Shown here: positions 62,914-64,000 of the stretch, one piece after another
Numbering within the stretch: the first letter of the stretch is position 1
Layout: each line of letters opens with the position of its first letter
NCBI RefSeq assembly: GCF_026965535.1
Contig: NZ_CP114039.1
Coordinates: forward strand, 8,035,461 to 8,099,460
Length of the DNA: 64,000 nucleotides
Reading direction: 5' to 3'
Source of the DNA: Corallococcus sp. NCRR
Lineage (GTDB): Bacteria; Myxococcota; Myxococcia; Myxococcales; Myxococcaceae
Notes under the pieces: model-generated
The model's input: the letters and a program-made list of their open reading frames with translations, nothing else
Database searches by the model: none
Told to the model about the DNA's origin: nothing
Made by a program: the position numbers and the translations under genes

Positions 62914-64000
62914 TCAGTCCTCGCGGAAGATGCTCATGTTCACGGGGATGCCCTTGCGCTGGAGCTCGTCGTAGAACTTCGGGACGAAGCCCGACGCCAC
63001 GTAGCGACCGCGCACCTTGTGGTCCTCCGTGAAGCCGTCCTGCTTGTAATAGAAGATGTCCTGCAGGGTCACGATGTCGACCTCCATGCCGGACACCTCC
63101 GTGATGAAGCAGATCTTGCGGGAGCCGTCGGAGAAGCGCGTCTGCTGCACGATGAGGTGCACGGCGCTGGCGATCTGCTCGCGGATGGCCTTCACCGGCA
63201 GCTCCATGCCGGACATGAGCACCATCGTCTCCAGGCGGGCAATCGCGTCGCGCGGCGTGTTCGCGTGCAGCGTGGTGAGCGAGCCGTCGTGGCCGGTGTT
63301 CATGGCCTGGAGCATGTCCAGCGTCTCACCGGAGCGGCACTCGCCCACCACGATGCGGTCCGGCCGCATGCGCAGGCAGTTCTTCACCAGCTCGCGGATG
63401 GTGATGGCGCCCTTGCCTTCCAGGTTGGGCGGGCGGCTCTCCAGTTGCACCCAGTGGTCCTGCGGCAGCTGAAGCTCCGCCGCGTCCTCCACCGTGATGA
63501 TGCGCTCACCCTCCGGGATGAACGAGCTGATGATGTTCAGCGTCGTCGTCTTCCCGGAGCCCGTGCCGCCGGAGATGACGATGTTGCGCCGGGCCGTGAC
63601 GCACATCTCCAGGAACTCCGCCATCTGCGCGGTGACGGTCTTGTATTTGATGAGGTCCTGGATCTTCAGCGCGTCCTTCTTGAACTTGCGGATGGTGATG
63701 CAGGGACCCTTGAGCGCCAGCGGCGGGATGATGGCGTTCACGCGGCTGCCGTCCTTGAGGCGCGCGTCCACCAGCGGGCTGGATTCGTCGATGCGGCGGC
63801 CAATGGGCGCCACGATGCGCTCGATGACGCCGAGCACCGCCTGGTTGGAGGAGAACGTCTTCTCCGACAGGGTCAGCTTGCCCTTGCGCTCGATGTAGAT
63901 CTGGTTGGCGTGGTTCACCATGATCTCGCTGATCTCTTCCGACGCGAGGAACGCCTCCAGGGGCCCCAGGCCCAGCGCCTCGTTGATGACGTCGGTGAGC
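62914..64000 (-). CDS. CpaF/TadA-family secretion ATPase (5' end outside window)
   Basis: Walker A GGTGSGKTT, and the conserved ending LHANTPRDAIARLETMVLM…FYDELQRKGIPVNMSIFRED. The ORF runs off the window end. Confidence 0.85.
   Translation of the reverse strand, partial: LTDVINEALGLGPLEAFLASEEISEIMVNHANQIYIERKGKLTLSEKTFSSNQAVLGVIERIVAPIGRRIDESSPLVDARLKDGSRVNAIIPPLALKGPCITIRKFKKDALKIQDLIKYKTVTAQMAEFLEMCVTARRNIVISGGTGSGKTTTLNIISSFIPEGERIITVEDAAELQLPQDHWVQLESRPPNLEGKGAITIRELVKNCLRMRPDRIVVGECRSGETLDMLQAMNTGHDGSLTTLHANTPRDAIARLETMVLMSGMELPVKAIREQIASAVHLIVQQTRFSDGSRKICFITEVSGMEVDIVTLQDIFYYKQDGFTEDHKVRGRYVASGFVPKFYDELQRKGIPVNMSIFRED

Noticed and set aside
60924-63032. 702-aa plus-strand ORF
   Set aside because: Antisense to the double-FHA gene and the CpaF start region.
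1-64000. Mobile elements, CRISPR arrays, tRNA/rRNA genes
   Set aside because: I saw no transposase/integrase/recombinase-like ORFs, no regularly spaced short direct repeats and no tRNA-like cloverleaf candidates while reading the intergenic regions. tRNAscan/Infernal should still be run, since by-eye detection is unreliable.

Overview
High-GC (~68-70%) bacterial chromosomal segment, almost certainly Myxococcales (Myxococcus/Corallococcus-like). The lineage call rests on a MYXO-CTERM sorting tail, abundant lipoproteins, an FHA/CpaF pilus-type module, a DivIVA/YggU/PolA housekeeping block and heavy R/P/A-rich antisense ORF noise. I can support about 60 protein-coding genes. I found no rRNA, tRNA, CRISPR array, transposase or integrase.

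Layout:
- 1-5.2 kb: chemosensory operon (MCP-CheB-CheR) with an embedded UbiB/ABC1 kinase and an ABM protein.
- 6.2-8.3 kb: Fic protein translationally coupled (ATGA overlaps) to two tandem paralogous ~225-aa proteins of unknown function carrying a conserved GGYCWCH motif.
- 8.3-27 kb: mixed metabolic, secreted and regulatory genes. These include PhzF, ProC, an ArsR-P450-ABM unit, an M1 aminopeptidase, a LysR regulator followed by a long aromatic-amino-acid-hydroxylase homologue, and two recently duplicated LysM + C39-like peptidase genes. There is also a secreted protein built from three near-identical 87-aa tandem repeats.
- 28.2-36.2 kb: accessory-looking island. It holds a lipoprotein coupled to a MYXO-CTERM metalloprotease-like protein, a full-length major vault protein (MVP) homologue (the most striking gene in the window), several Cys-rich lipoproteins/peptides, and a lipoprotein with a C-terminal PD-(D/E)xK nuclease-like toxin domain ATGA-coupled to a putative immunity gene.
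- 36.2-64 kb: an apparently split RdgC-like gene, PBP4, prolyl oligopeptidase, a two-domain protein with an NDT/TIR-like nucleotide-binding C-terminus, tandem-cNMP-binding protein, Nudix, an orphan MbtH-like protein, LuxR regulator, RDD/SpoIIM-like membrane proteins, DnaJ, DivIVA, YggU, DNA polymerase I, and a double-FHA protein next to a CpaF/TadA ATPase (truncated at the window end).

Several DNA-level elements (perfect palindromes, direct repeats in AT-rich intergenic DNA, intrinsic terminators) are listed separately.
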